Program-made: the position numbers and the translations under genes | Shown: in pieces, positions 39,001 through 51,000 of the stretch | How the letters are laid out: each line of letters opens with the position of its first letter | How positions within the stretch are numbered: the first letter of the stretch is position 1 | Source of the DNA: Phaeosaccion multiseriatum | Taxonomy: Eukaryota; Protista; Ochrophyta, other classes | Direction: 5' to 3' | Assembly: GCA_965112735.1 (NCBI GenBank) | Contig: OZ218950.1 | Span: forward strand, 5,270,001-5,334,000 | DNA length: 64,000 nucleotides | The notes under the pieces: generated by a model | What the model saw: the letters and a program-made list of their open reading frames with translations, nothing else | Database searches by the model: none | Told to the model about the DNA's origin: nothing

Positions 39001-42000
39001 CTCCGGCACGGCCAACTCCGGCAACAGCGGCGCCGTGCTCATCGGCAGCGGCGCCAGCACGGGAGGACGTGGCGGCATGCTGAGCCTGACGGCGGGCAGC
39101 GGCACCAGCGGCGCTGGCGGTCTGGTGCAGATGTATGCTGGTGTGAGTTCGGCTCTGACGGGCGGTGTGGTGAGCATCGGGGGCGGCGAGGGCCGCGCGT
39201 CCACGAGCGGGTCTGTGACTGTGCGCTCTCTGAACGCTGGCACGGCTGGCACGAGTGGTCGTCTGGTGTTCAGCTCCGGCACGGCCAACTCCGGCAACAG
39301 CGGCGCCGTGCTCATCGGCAGCGGCGCCAGCACGGGAGGACGTGGCGGCATGCTGAGCCTGACGGCGGGCAGCGGCACCAGCGGCGCTGGCGGTCTGGTG
39401 CAGATGTATGCTGGTGTGAGCACGGTACTGACGGGCGGTGTGGTGAGCATCGGGGGCGGCGAGGGCCGCGCGTCCACGAGCGGGTCTGTGACTGTGCGCT
39501 CTCTGAACGCTGGCACGAAGGGTACGAGTGGTCGTCTGGTGTTCAGCTCCGGCACGGCCAACTCCGGCAACAGCGGCGCCGTGCTCATCGGCAGCGGCGC
39601 CAGCACGGGAGGACGTGGCGGCATGCTGAGCCTGACGGCGGGCAGCGGCACCAGCGGCGCTGGCGGTCTGGTGCAGATGTATGCTGGTGTGAGCACGGCC
39701 CTGACGGGCGGTGTGGTGAGCATCGGGGGCGGTGAGGGCCGCGCGTCCACGAGCGGGTCTGTGACTGTGCGCTCTCTGAACGCTGGCACGGCTGGTACGA
39801 GTGGTCGTCTGGTGTTCAGCTCCGGCACGGCCAACTCCGGCAACAGCGGCGCCGTGCTCATCGGCAGCGGCGCCAGCACGGGAGGTCGTGGCGGCCTCCT
39901 GAGCCTGACGGCGGGCAGCGGCACCAGCGGCGCTGGTGGACTCGTGCAGATGTATGCTGGCGTGAGCACGGCCCTGACAGGCGGTGTGGTGAGCATCGGG
40001 GGCGGCGAGGGCCGCGCGTCCACGAGCGGGTCTGTGACTGTGCGCTCTCTGAACGCTGGCACGGCTGGTACGAGTGGTCGCCTGGTGTTCAGCTCCGGCA
40101 CGGCCAACTCCGGCAACAGCGGCGCCGTGCTCATCGGCAGCGGCGCCAGCACGGGAGGACGTGGCGGCATGGTGAGCCTGACGGCGGGCAGCGGCACCAG
40201 CGGCGCTGGCGGTCTGGTACAGATGTATGCTGGTGTGAGTACGGCCCTGACGGGCGGTGTGGTGAGCATCGGGGGCGGCGAGGGCCGCGCGTCCACGAGC
40301 GGGTCTGTGACTGTGCGCTCTCTGAACGCTGGCACGGCCGGCACGAGTGGTCGTCTGGTGTTTAGCTCCGGCACGGCCAACTCCGGCAACAGCGGCGCCG
40401 TGCTCATCGGCAGCGGCGCCAGTACGGGAGGACGTGGCGGCATGCTGAGCCTGACGGCGGGCAGCGGCACCAGCGGCGCTGGCGCTCTGGTGCAGATGTA
40501 TGCTGGTGTGAGTACGGCCCTGACGGGCGGTGTGGTGAGCATCGGGGGCGGCGAGGGCCGCGCGTCCACGAGCGGGTCTGTGACTGTGCGCTCTCTGAAC
40601 GCTGGCACGAAGGGCACGAGTGGTCGTCTGGTGTTCAGCTCCGGCACGGCCAACTCCGGCAACAGCGGCGCCGTGCTCATCGGTAGTGGCGCCAGCACGG
40701 GAGGACGTGGCGGCATGCTGAGCCTGACGGCGGGCAGCGGCACCAGCGGCACTGGTGGTCTGGTGCAGATGTATGCTGGCGTGAGCACGGTACTGACGGG
40801 CGGTGTGGTGAGCATCGGGGGCGGCGAGGGCCGCGCGTCCACGAGCGGGTCTGTGACTGTGCGCTCTCTGAACGCTGGTGCGGCCGGCACGAGTGGTCGT
40901 CTGGTGTTCAGCTCCGGCACGGCCAACTCCGGCAACAGCGGCGCCGTGCTCATCGGAAGTGGCGCCAGCACAGGAGGACGTGGAGGCATGCTGAGCCTGA
41001 CGGCGGGCAGCGGCACCAGTGGCGCTGGTGGTCTGGTGCAGATGTATGCTGGTGTGAGTACGGCTCTGACGGGCGGTGTGGTGAGCATCGGGGGCGGCGA
41101 GGGCCGCGCGTCCACGAGCGGGTCTGTGACTGTGCGCTCTCTGAACGCTGGCACGGCTGGCGGGAGTGGTCGTCTGGTGTTCAGCTCCGGCACGGCCAAC
41201 TCCGGCAACAGCGGCGCCGTGCTCATCGGCAGCGGCGCCAGCACGGGAGGACGTGGCGGCATGCTGAGCCTGACGGCGGGCAGCGGCACCAGCGGCGCTG
41301 GCGGTCTGGTGCAGATGTATGCTGGTGTGAGTACGGCTCTGACGGGCGGTGTGGTGAGCATCGGGGGCGGCGAGGGCCGCGCGTCCACGAGCGGGTCTGT
41401 GACTGTGCGCTCTCTGAACGCCGGCTCGGCCGGCTCGAGTGGTCGTCTGGTGTTCAGCTCCGGCACGGCCAACTCCGGCAACAGCGGCGCCGTGCTCATC
41501 GGCAGCGGCGCCAGCACGGGAGGACGTGGCGGCATGCTGAGCCTGACGGCGGGCAGCGGCACCAGCGGCGCTGGTGGACTGGTGCAGATGTATGCGGGCG
41601 TGAGCACGGCCCTGACGGGCGGTGTGGTGAGCATCGGGGGCGGCGAGGGCCGCGCGTCCACGAGCGGGTCTGTGATAGTGCGCTCTCTGAACGCTGGCAC
41701 GGCCGGCTCGAGTGGTCGTCTGGTGTTCAGCTCCGGCACGGCCAACTCCGGCAACAGCGGCGCCGTGCTCATCGGCAGCGGCGCCAGCACGGGAGGACGT
41801 GGCGGCATGCTGAGCCTGACGGCGGGCAGCGGCACCAGCGGCGCTGGTGGACTGGTGCAGATGTATGCGGGCGTGAGCACGGCCCTGACGGGCGGTGTGG
41901 TGAGCATCGGGGGCGGTGAGGGCCGCGCGTCCACGAGCGGGTCTGTGACTGTGCGCTCTCTGAACGCTGGCACGAAGGGTACGAGTGGTCGTCTGGTGTT

Positions 42001-45000
42001 CAGCTCCGGCACGGCCAACTCCGGCAACAGCGGCGCCGTGCTCATCGGCAGCGGCGCCAGCACGGGAGGACGTGGGGGCATGGTGAGCCTGACGGCGGGC
42101 AGCGGCACCAGCGGCGCTGGTGGTCTGGTGCAGATGTATGCGGGTGTGAGTACGGCTCTGACGGGCGGTGTGGTGAGCATCGGGGGCGGCGAGGGCCGCG
42201 CGTCCACGAGCGGGTCTGTGACTGTGCGCTCTCTGAACGCTGGCACGGCCGGCTCGAGTGGTCGTCTGGTGTTCAGCTCCGGCACGGCCAACTCCGGCAA
42301 CAGCGGCGCCGTGCTCATCGGCAGCGGTGCCAGCACGGGAGGTCGTGGCGGCATGGTGAGCCTGACGGCGGGCAGCGGCACCAGCGGCACTGGCGGTCTG
42401 GTGCAGATGTATGCTGGTGTGAGCACGGCCCTGACGGGAGGAGTGGTGAGCATCGGGGGCGGCGAGGGCCGCGCGTCCACGAGCGGGTCTGTGACTGTGC
42501 GCTCTCTGAACGCTGGCACGGCCGGCACGAGTGGTCGTCTGGTGTTCAGCTCCGGCACGGCCAACTCCGGCAACAGCGGCGCCGTGCTCATCGGCAGCGG
42601 CGCCAGCACGGGAGGACGTGGCGGCATGCTGAGCCTGACGGCGGGCAGCGGCACCAGCGGCGCTGGCGGTCTGGTGCAGATGTATGCTGGTGTGAGCACG
42701 GTACTGACGGGCGGGGTGGTGAGCATCGGGGGCGGCGAGGGCCGCGCGTCCACGAGCGGGTCTGTGACTGTGCGCTCTCTGAACGCTGGCACGAAGGGTA
42801 CGAGTGGTCGTCTGGTGTTCAGCTCCGGCACGGCCAACTCCGGCAACAGCGGCGCCGTGCTCATCGGCAGCGGCGCCAGCACGGGAGGACGTGGCGGCAT
42901 GCTAAGCCTGACGGCGGGCAGCGGCACCAGCGGCGCTGGCGGTCTGGTGCAGATGTATGCTGGTGTGAGTACGGCCCTGACGGGCGGTGTGGTGAGCATC
43001 GGGGGCGGCGAGGGCCGCGCGTCCACGAGCGGGTCTGTGACTGTGCGCTCTCTGAACGCTGGCACGAAGGGTACGAGTGGTCGTCTGGTGTTCAGCTCCG
43101 GCACGGCCAACTCCGGCAACAGCGGCGCCGTGCTCATCGGCAGCGGCGCCAGCACGGGAGGTCGTGGCGGCATGGTGAGCCTGACGGCGGGCAGCGGCAC
43201 CAGCGGTGCCGGCGGTCTGGTGCAGATGTATGCTGGTGTGAGCACGGCCCTGACAGGCGGTGTGGTGAGCATCGGGGGCGGCGAGGGCCGCGCGTCCACG
43301 AGTGGGTCTGTGACTGTGCGCTCTCTGAACGCCGGCTCGGCCGGCTCGAGTGGTCGTCTGGTGTTCAGCTCCGGCACGGCCAACTCCGGCAACAGCGGCG
43401 CCGTGCTCATCGGCAGCGGCGCCAGCACGGGAGGGCGTGGCGGTATGCTGAGCCTGACGGCGGGCAGCGGCACCAGCGGCGCTGGTGGTCTGGTGCAGAT
43501 GTATGCTGGTGTGAGCACGGTACTGACGGGCGGTGTGGTGAGCATCGGGGGCGGTGAGGGCCGCGCGTCCACGAGCGGGTCTGTGACTGTGCGCTCTCTG
43601 AACGCTGGCACGGCCGGCACGAGTGGTCGTCTGGTATTCAGCTCCGGCACGGCCAACTCCGGCAACAGCGGCGCCGTGCTCATCGGCAGCGGCGCCAGCA
43701 CGGGAGGTCGTGGCGGCATGCTGAGCCTGACGGCGGGCAGCGGCACCAGCGGCGCTGGTGGACTCGTGCAGATGTATGCTGGTGTGAGTACGGCCCTGAC
43801 GGGCGGTGTGGTGAGCATCGGGGGCGGTGAGGGCCGCGCGTCAACGAGCGGGTCTGTGACTGTGCGCTCTCTGAACGCTGGCACGAAGGGTACGAGTGGT
43901 CGTCTGGTGTTCAGCTCCGGCACGGCCAACTCCGGCAACAGCGGCGCCGTGCTCATCGGAAGTGGCGCCAGCACGGGAGGACGTGGCGGCATGCTGAGCC
44001 TGACGGCGGGCAGCGGCACCAGCGGCGCTGGCGGTCTGGTGCAGATGTATGCTGGTGTGAGCACGGCCCTGACGGGAGGAGTGGTGAGCATCGGAGGCGG
44101 TGAGGGCCGCGCGTCCACGAGCGGGTCTGTGACTGTGCGCTCTCTGAACGCTGGCACGGCCGGCACGAGTGGTCGTCTGGTGTTCAGCTCCGGCACGGCC
44201 AACTCCGGCAACAGCGGCGCCGTGCTCATCGGCAGCGGCGCCAGCACGGGAGGACGTGGCGGCATGGTGAGCCTGACGGCGGGCAGCGGCACCAGCGGCG
44301 CTGGTGGTCTGGTTCAGATGTATGCTGGTGTGAGTACAGCCCTGACGGGCGGTGTGGTGAGCATCGGGGGCGGCGAGGGCCGCGCATCCACGAGCGGGTC
44401 TGTGACTGTGCGCTCTCTGAATGCTGGTACGGCTGGCACGAGTGGTCGTCTGGTGTTCAGCTCCGGCACTGCCAACTCCGGCAACAGCGGCGCCGTGCTC
44501 ATCGGCAGCGGCGCCAGCACGGGAGGACGTGGCGGAATGGTGAGCCTGACGGCGGGCAGCGGCACCAGCGGCGCTGGCGGTCTGGTACAGATGTATGCTG
44601 GTGTGAGCACGGCCCTGACGGGCGGTGTGGTGAGCATCGGGGGCGGCGAGGGCCGCGCGTCCACGAGCGGGTCTGTGACAGTGCGCTCTCTGAACGCTGG
44701 CACGGCTGGCACGAGTGGTCGTCTGGTATTCAGCTCCGGCACGGCCAACTCCGGCAACAGCGGCGCCGTGCTCATCGGCAGCGGCGCCAGCACGGGAGGG
44801 CGTGGTGGCATGCTGAGCCTGACGGCGGGCAGCGGCACCAGCGGCGCTGGCGGTCTGGTGCAGATGTATGCTGGTGTGAGTACGGCCCTGACGGGCGGTG
44901 TGGTGAGCATCGGGGGCGGCGAGGGCCGCGCGTCCACGAGCGGGTCTGTGACTGTGCGCTCTCTGAACGCTGGCACGGCTGGCACGAGTGGTCGTCTGGT

Positions 45001-48000
45001 GTTCAGCTCCGGCACGGCCAACTCCGGCAACAGCGGCGCCGTGCTCATCGGCAGCGGCGCCAGCACGGGAGGACGTGGCGGCATGGTGAGCCTGACGGCG
45101 GGCAGCGGCACCAGCGGCACTGGCGGTCTGGTGCAGATGTATGCTGGTGTGAGCACGGTACTGACGGGCGGTGTGGTGAGCATCGGGGGTGGTGAGGGCC
45201 GCGCGTCCACGAGCGGGTCTGTGACTGTGCGCTCTCTGAACGCTGGCACGAAGGGCACGAGTGGTCGTCTGGTGTTCAGCTCTGGCACGGCCAACTCCGG
45301 CAACAGCGGCGCCGTGCTCATCGGCAGCGGCGCCAGCACGGGAGGACGTGGCGGCATGCTGAGCCTGACGGCGGGCAGCGGCACCAGCGGCGCTGGCGGT
45401 CTGGTGCAGATGTATGCTGGTGTGAGTACGGCCCTGACGGGCGGTGTGGTGAGCATCGGGGGCGGCGAGGGCCGTGCATCCACGAGCGGGTCTGTGACTG
45501 TGCGCTCTCTGAACGCTGGCACGGCTGGCACGAGTGGTCGTCTGGTGTTCAGCTCCGGCACGGCCAACTCCGGCAACAGCGGCGCCGTGCTCATCGGCAG
45601 CGGCGCCAGCACGGGAGGACGTGGCGGCATGGTGAGCCTGACGGCGGGCAGCGGCACCAGCGGCGCTGGCGGTCTGGTGCAGATGTATGCTGGTGTGAGT
45701 ACAGCCCTGACGGGCGGTGTGGTGAGCATCGGCGGCGGCGAGGGCCGCGCATCCACGAGCGGGTCTGTGACTGTGCGCTCTCTGAACGCTGGTGCAGCTG
45801 GCACGAGTGGTCGTCTGGTGTTCAGCTCCGGCACGGCCAACTCCGGCAACAGCGGCGCCGTGCTCATCGGCAGCGGCGCCAGCACGGGAGGACGTGGCGG
45901 CATGCTGAGCCTGACGGCGGGCAGCGGCACCAGCGGCGCTGGCGGTCTGGTGCAGATGTATGCCGGCGTGAGCACGGCCCTGACGGGAGGTGTGGTGAGC
46001 ATCGGGGGTGGTGAGGGCCGCGCGTCCACGAGCGGGTCTGTGACTGTGCGCTCTCTGAACGCTGGCACGAAGGGTACGAGTGGTCGTCTGGTGTTCAGCT
46101 CCGGCACTGCCAACTCCGGCAACAGCGGCGCCGTGCTCATCGGCAGCGGCGCCAGCACGGGAGGACGTGGCGGCATGGTGAGTCTAACCGTTGGCAGCGG
46201 CACCAGTGGTGCTGGCGGGATCCTGCAGATGTATGCTGGCGTGAGTACGGTGATGACGGGAGGCGCGATGACCCTCGTAGGTGGCGAGGGCCGCGCGTCC
46301 ACGAGCGGGTCTGTGACTGTGCGCTCTCTGAACGCTGGTGCGGCTGGTACGAGTGGTCGTCTGGTGTTCAGCTCCGGCACGGCCAACTCCGGCAACAGCG
46401 GCGCCGTGCTCATCGGCAGCGGCGCCAGCACGGGAGGACGTGGTGGCATGCTGAGCCTGACGGCGGGCAGCGGCACCAGCGGCGCTGGTGGTCTGGTGCA
46501 GATATACGCTGGTGTGAGCACGGCTCTGACGGGCGGTGTGGTGAGCATCGGGGGCGGCGAGGGCCGCGCGTCCACGAGCGGGTCTGTGACTGTGCGCTCT
46601 CTGAACGCTGGCTCGGCTGGCTCGAGTGGTCGTCTGGTGTTCAGCTCCGGCACGGCCAACTCCGGCAACAGCGGCGCCGTGCTCATCGGCAGCGGCGCCA
46701 GCACGGGAGGTCGTGGCGGCATGCTGAGCCTGACGGCGGGCAGCGGCACCAGCGGCGCTGGCGGTCTGGTGCAGATGTATGCTGGTGTGAGTACGGCCCT
46801 GACGGGCGGTCTGGTGAGCATCGGGGGCGGCGAGGGCCGTGCATCCACGAGCGGGTCTGTGACTGTGCGCTCTCTGAACGCTGGCACGGCTGGCGCGAGT
46901 GGTCGTCTGGTGTTCAGCTCCGGCACGGCCAACTCCGGCAACAGCGGCGCCGTGCTCATCGGCAGCGGCGCCAGCACGGGAGGACGTGGAGGTATGCTGA
47001 GCCTGACGGCGGGCAGCGGCACCAGCGGCGCTGGCGGTCTGGTGCAGATGTATGCTGGTGTGAGTACGGCCCTGACGGGCGGTGTGGTGAGCATCGGGGG
47101 TGGTGAGGGCCGCGCGTCCACGAGCGGGTCTGTGACTGTGCGCTCTCTGAACGCTGGCACGGCCGGCACGAGTGGTCGTCTGGTGTTCAGCTCCGGCACG
47201 GCCAACTCCGGCAACAGCGGCGCCGTGCTCATCGGCAGCGGCGCCAGCACGGGAGGACGTGGCGGCATGCTGAGCCTGACGGCAGGCAGCGGCACCAGCG
47301 GCGCTGGTGGTCTGGTGCAGATGTATGCTGGTGTGAGTACGGCCCTGACGGGCGGTGTGGTGAGCATCGGGGGCGGCGAGGGCCGCGCGTCCACGAGCGG
47401 GTCTGTGACTGTGCGCTCTCTGAACGCTGGCACGGCTGGCACGAGTGGTCGTCTGGTGTTCAGCTCCGGCACGGCCAACTCTGGCAACAGCGGCGCCGTG
47501 CTCATCGGAAGTGGCGCCAGCACGGGAGGACGTGGCGGCATGCTGAGCCTGACGGCGGGCAGCGGCACCAGCGGCGCTGGCGGTCTGGTGCAGATGTATG
47601 CTGGTGTGAGTACGGCTCTGACGGGCGGTGTGGTGAGCATCGGGGGCGGTGAGGGCCGCGCGTCCACGAGCGGGTCTGTGACTGTGCGCTCTCTGAACGC
47701 TGGCACGGCTGGTACGAGTGGTCGTCTGGTGTTCAGCTCCGGCACGGCCAACTCCGGCAACAGCGGCGCCGTGCTCATCGGCAGCGGCGCCAGCACGGGA
47801 GGTCGTGGCGGCATGCTGAGCCTGACGGCGGGCAGCGGCACCAGCGGCGCTGGCGGTCTGGTGCAGATGTATGCTGGTGTGAGCACGGCCCTGACGGGCG
47901 GTGTGGTGAGCATCGGGGGCGGCGAGGGCCGCGCGTCCACGAGCGGGTCTGTGACTGTGCGCTCTCTGAACGCTGGCACGAAGGGTACGAGTGGTCGTCT

Positions 48001-51000
48001 GGTGTTCAGCTCCGGCACGGCCAACTCCGGCAACAGCGGCGCCGTGCTCATCGGCAGCGGCGCCAGCACGGGAGGACGTGGCGGCATGCTGAGCCTGACG
48101 GCGGGCAGCGGCACCAGCGGAGCTGGCGGTCTGGTGCAGATGTATGCTGGTGTAAGTACGGCCCTGACGGGCGGTGTGGTGAGCATCGGGGGCGGCGAGG
48201 GCCGCGCGTCCACGAGCGGGTCTGTGACTGTGCGCTCTCTGAACGCTGGCACGGCTGGCTCGAGTGGTCGTCTGGTGTTCAGCTCCGGCACGGCCAACTC
48301 CGGCAACAGCGGCGCCGTGCTCATCGGCAGCGGCGCCAGCACGGGAGGACGTGGAGGTATGCTGAGCCTGACGGCGGGCAGCGGCACCAGCGGCGCTGGC
48401 GGTCTGGTACAGATGTATGCTGGTGTGAGCACGGCTCTGACGGGCGGTGTGGTGAGCATCGGGGGCGGCGAGGGCCGCGCGTCCACGAGCGGGTCTGTGA
48501 CTGTGCGCTCTCTGAACGCTGGCACGGCCGGCTCGAGTGGTCGTCTGGTGTTCAGCTCCGGCACGGCCAACTCCGGCAACAGCGGCGCCGTGCTCATCGG
48601 CAGCGGCGCCAGCACGGGAGGACGTGGCGGCATGGTGAGCCTGACGGCGGGCAGCGGCACCAGCGGCGCTGGCGGTCTGGTGCAGATGTATGCTGGTGTG
48701 AGCACGGCTCTGACGGGCGGTGTGGTGAGCATCGGGGGCGGCGAGGGCCGCGCGTCCACGAGCGGGTCTGTGACTGTGCGCTCTCTGAACGCTGGCACGG
48801 CTGGTACGAGTGGTCGTCTGGTGTTCAGCTCCGGCACTGCCAACTCCGGCAACAGCGGCGCCGTGCTCATCGGCAGCGGCGCCAGCACGGGAGGACGTGG
48901 CGGCATGCTGAGCCTGACGGCGGGCAGCGGCACCAGCGGCGCTGGCGGTCTGGTGCAGATGTACGCTGGTGTGAGCACGGCCCTGACGGGCGGTGTGGTG
49001 AGCATCGGGGGTGGTGAGGGCCGCGCGTCCACGAGCGGGTCTGTGACTGTGCGCTCTCTGAACGCTGGCACGGCCGGCACGAGTGGTCGTCTGGTGTTCA
49101 GCTCCGGCACGGCCAACTCCGGCAACAGCGGCGCCGTGCTCATCGGCAGCGGCGCCAGCACGGGAGGTCGTGGCGGCATGCTGAGCCTGACGGCGGGCAG
49201 CGGCACCAGCGGCGCTGGCGGTCTGGTACAGATGTATGCTGGTGTGAGTACGGCCCTGACGGGCGGTGTGGTGAGCATCGGGGGCGGCGAGGGCCGCGCG
49301 TCCACGAGCGGGTCTGTGACTGTGCGCTCTCTGAACGCTGGCACGGCCGGCACGAGTGGTCGTCTGGTGTTCAGCTCCGGCACGGCCAACTCCGGCAACA
49401 GCGGCGCCGTGCTCATCGGCAGCGGCGCCAGCACGGGAGGCCGTGGAGGCATGCTGAGCCTGACGGCGGGCAGCGGCACCAGCGGCGCTGGCGGTCTGGT
49501 GCAGATGTATGCTGGTGTGAGCACGGTACTGACGGGCGGTGTGGTGAGCATCGGGGGTGGTGAGGGCCGCGCGTCCACGAGCGGGTCTGTGACTGTGCGC
49601 TCTCTGAACGCTGGCACGAAGGGTACGAGTGGTCGTCTGGTGTTCAGCTCCGGCACGGCCAACTCCGGCAACAGCGGCGCCGTGCTCATCGGCAGCGGCG
49701 CCAGCACGGGAGGACGTGGGGGCATGGTGAGCCTGACGGCGGGCAGCGGCACCAGCGGCGCTGGTGGTCTGGTGCAGATGTATGCGGGTGTGAGTACGGC
49801 TCTGACGGGCGGTGTGGTGAGCATCGGGGGCGGCGAGGGCCGCGCGTCCACGAGCGGGTCTGTGACTGTGCGCTCTCTGAACGCTGGCACGGCCGGCTCG
49901 AGTGGTCGTCTGGTGTTCAGCTCCGGCACGGCCAACTCCGGCAACAGCGGCGCCGTGCTCATCGGCAGCGGTGCCAGCACGGGAGGACGTGGCGGCATGG
50001 TGAGTCTAACCGTTGGCAGCGGCACCAGTGGTGCTGGCGGGATCCTGCAGATGTATGCTGGCGTGAGTACGGTGATGACGGGAGGCGCGATGACCCTCGT
50101 AGGTGGCGAGGGCCGCGCGTCCACGAGCGGGTCTGTGACTGTGCGCTCTCTGAACGCTGGCACGGCTGGCACGAGTGGTCGTCTGGTGTTCAGCTCCGGC
50201 ACGGCCAACTCCGGCAACAGCGGCGCCGTGCTCATCGGCAGCGGCGCCAGCACGGGAGGACGTGGTGGCATGCTGAGCCTGACGGCGGGCAGCGGCACCA
50301 GCGGCGCTGGTGGTCTGGTGCAGATATACGCTGGTGTGAGCACGGCTCTGACGGGCGGTGTGGTGAGCATCGGGGGCGGCGAGGGCCGCGCGTCCACGAG
50401 CGGGTCTGTGACTGTGCGCTCTCTGAACGCTGGCACGGCTGGCTCGAGTGGTCGTCTGGTGTTCAGCTCCGGCACGGCCAACTCCGGCAACAGCGGCGCC
50501 GTGCTCATCGGCAGCGGCGCCAGCACGGGAGGTCGTGGCGGCATGCTGAGCCTGACGGCGGGCAGCGGCACCAGCGGCGCTGGCGGTCTGGTGCAGATGT
50601 ATGCTGGTGTGAGTACGGCCCTGACGGGCGGTGTGGTGAGCATCGGCGGCGGCGAGGGCCGCGCGTCCACGAGCGGGTCTGTGACTGTGCGCTCTCTGAA
50701 CGCTGGCTCGGCTGGCACGAGTGGTCGTCTGGTGTTCAGCTCCGGCACGGCCAACTCCGGCAACAGCGGCGCCGTGCTCATCGGCAGCGGCGCCAGCACG
50801 GGAGGACGTGGAGGTATGCTGAGCCTGACGGCGGGCAGCGGCACCAGCGGCGCTGGCGGTCTGGTGCAGATGTATGCTGGTGTGAGCACGGTACTGACGG
50901 GAGGCGTGGTGAGCATCGGGGGCGGCGAGGGACGCGCGTCCACGAGTGGGTCTGTGACTGTGCGCTCTCTGAACGCTGGCACGGCGGGCACGAGTGGTCG

